NCBI GenBank assembly: GCA_013239625.1
Contig: MU054469.1
Location: 16,893,631-16,957,630, forward strand
Origin: Lama guanicoe
Lineage: Eukaryota
Reading direction: 5' to 3'
DNA length: 64,000 bases
How positions within the stretch are numbered: position 1 is the stretch's first letter; each line of letters begins with the position of its first letter. Position numbers and translations under genes: made by a program. The notes below the pieces were generated by a model, which made no database searches, was not told the origin of the DNA, and worked only from the letters and a program-made list of their open reading frames with translations. Shown here piece after piece: positions 63,386 through 64,000 of the stretch.

Positions 63386-63782
63386 CGCTTCCACTTCTTA
63401 GACCTTGTCATTTCCTGTGGGCACCTCTGCCTACCAGTGTGCAAGGAAATTAACTGCCATCTAGAGTGATCTGCTTAACCACTACTTACCTGACTTGGAA
63501 AGACTTTTTATGTTGTAGAGGAAACTTTAATGCCTGAAGAAAAGAAGGTTTAGGGTTAATCCTTGAGCTTTGCCCTTTTGCTCTTCATTTCTTGAGTCCT
63601 CACTGCATAATCAGTCCCATGCTGNNNNNNNNNNNNNNNNNNNNNNNNNNNNNNNNNNNNNNNNNNNNNNNNNNNNNNNNNNNNNNNNNNNNNNNNNNNN
63701 NNNNNNNNNNNNNNNNNNNNNNNNNNNNNNNNNNNNNNNNNNNNNNNNNNNNNNNNNNNNNNNNNNNNNNNNNNNNNNNNNN

Positions 63783-64000
63783 TCTGGCTTGCAGATAGCC
63801 ATCTTCTTGCTGTGTCCTCACATGGTGCAGTGAGAACTCTGGTGTCTCCTCAAGGTCTTATAAGGGCACCAGCCCATCAGGTGAGGGCCCCGCCCTTATG
63901 ACCTTATATAACATTTATCACCTCACAGGCCCTGCCTCCAAATATAGTCATGTTGGGGGATTAGAGCTTCAACACATGAACTTGGAGGGGCACACAAACA
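63783..64000 (-). mobile_element. MLT1A-like LTR (starts in the N block, runs off the window end)
   Basis: tctggcttgcagatagccatcttcttgctgtgtcctcacatgg...cttataagggcacc...ttagagcttcaacacatgaa. Confidence 0.85.

Noticed and set aside
1-64000. CRISPR arrays, operons, defence systems or other prokaryote-type novel system
   Set aside because: The DNA is a mammalian intron-rich gene with no repeat-spacer arrays or dense coding regions. Nothing here supports a new multi-gene system.

Overview
This is mammalian genomic DNA, not prokaryotic. The whole window lies inside one + strand gene, ARMC2 (armadillo repeat-containing 2, a motile-cilia/sperm-flagellum assembly factor). Nine GT-AG internal coding exons splice into one uninterrupted frame of 1452 nt (484 codons): 836-1043, 11624-11700, 15998-16096, 20112-20287, 25259-25361, 26820-27043, 41512-41657, 45813-45912 and 60596-60914. 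They probably correspond to human exons 5-13 (numbering from memory); start and stop codons lie outside the window. Seven tRNA-Ala(AGC)-derived SINEs of the vic-1 type point to a camelid (alpaca/llama/camel). The introns hold the usual eutherian repeats (L1, HAL1, L2, L3, MIR, MER5, MER20, Tigger-type MITEs, MaLR LTRs including a ~2 kb LTR-int-LTR element) and six short N blocks. Nearly all other ORF-track entries are spurious. I found no convincing new biological system. The best leads are splicing and regulatory oddities: a weak exon-7 donor, decoy acceptors that would introduce premature stops, a candidate antisense exon next to exon 10, inverted SINEs around an in-frame exon 9-10 module, an exonic CpG island with a G-quadruplex, an intron-12 promoter/enhancer-like island, and a ~168-bp tandem duplication. 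Repeat family names and boundaries were assigned by eye and are approximate.
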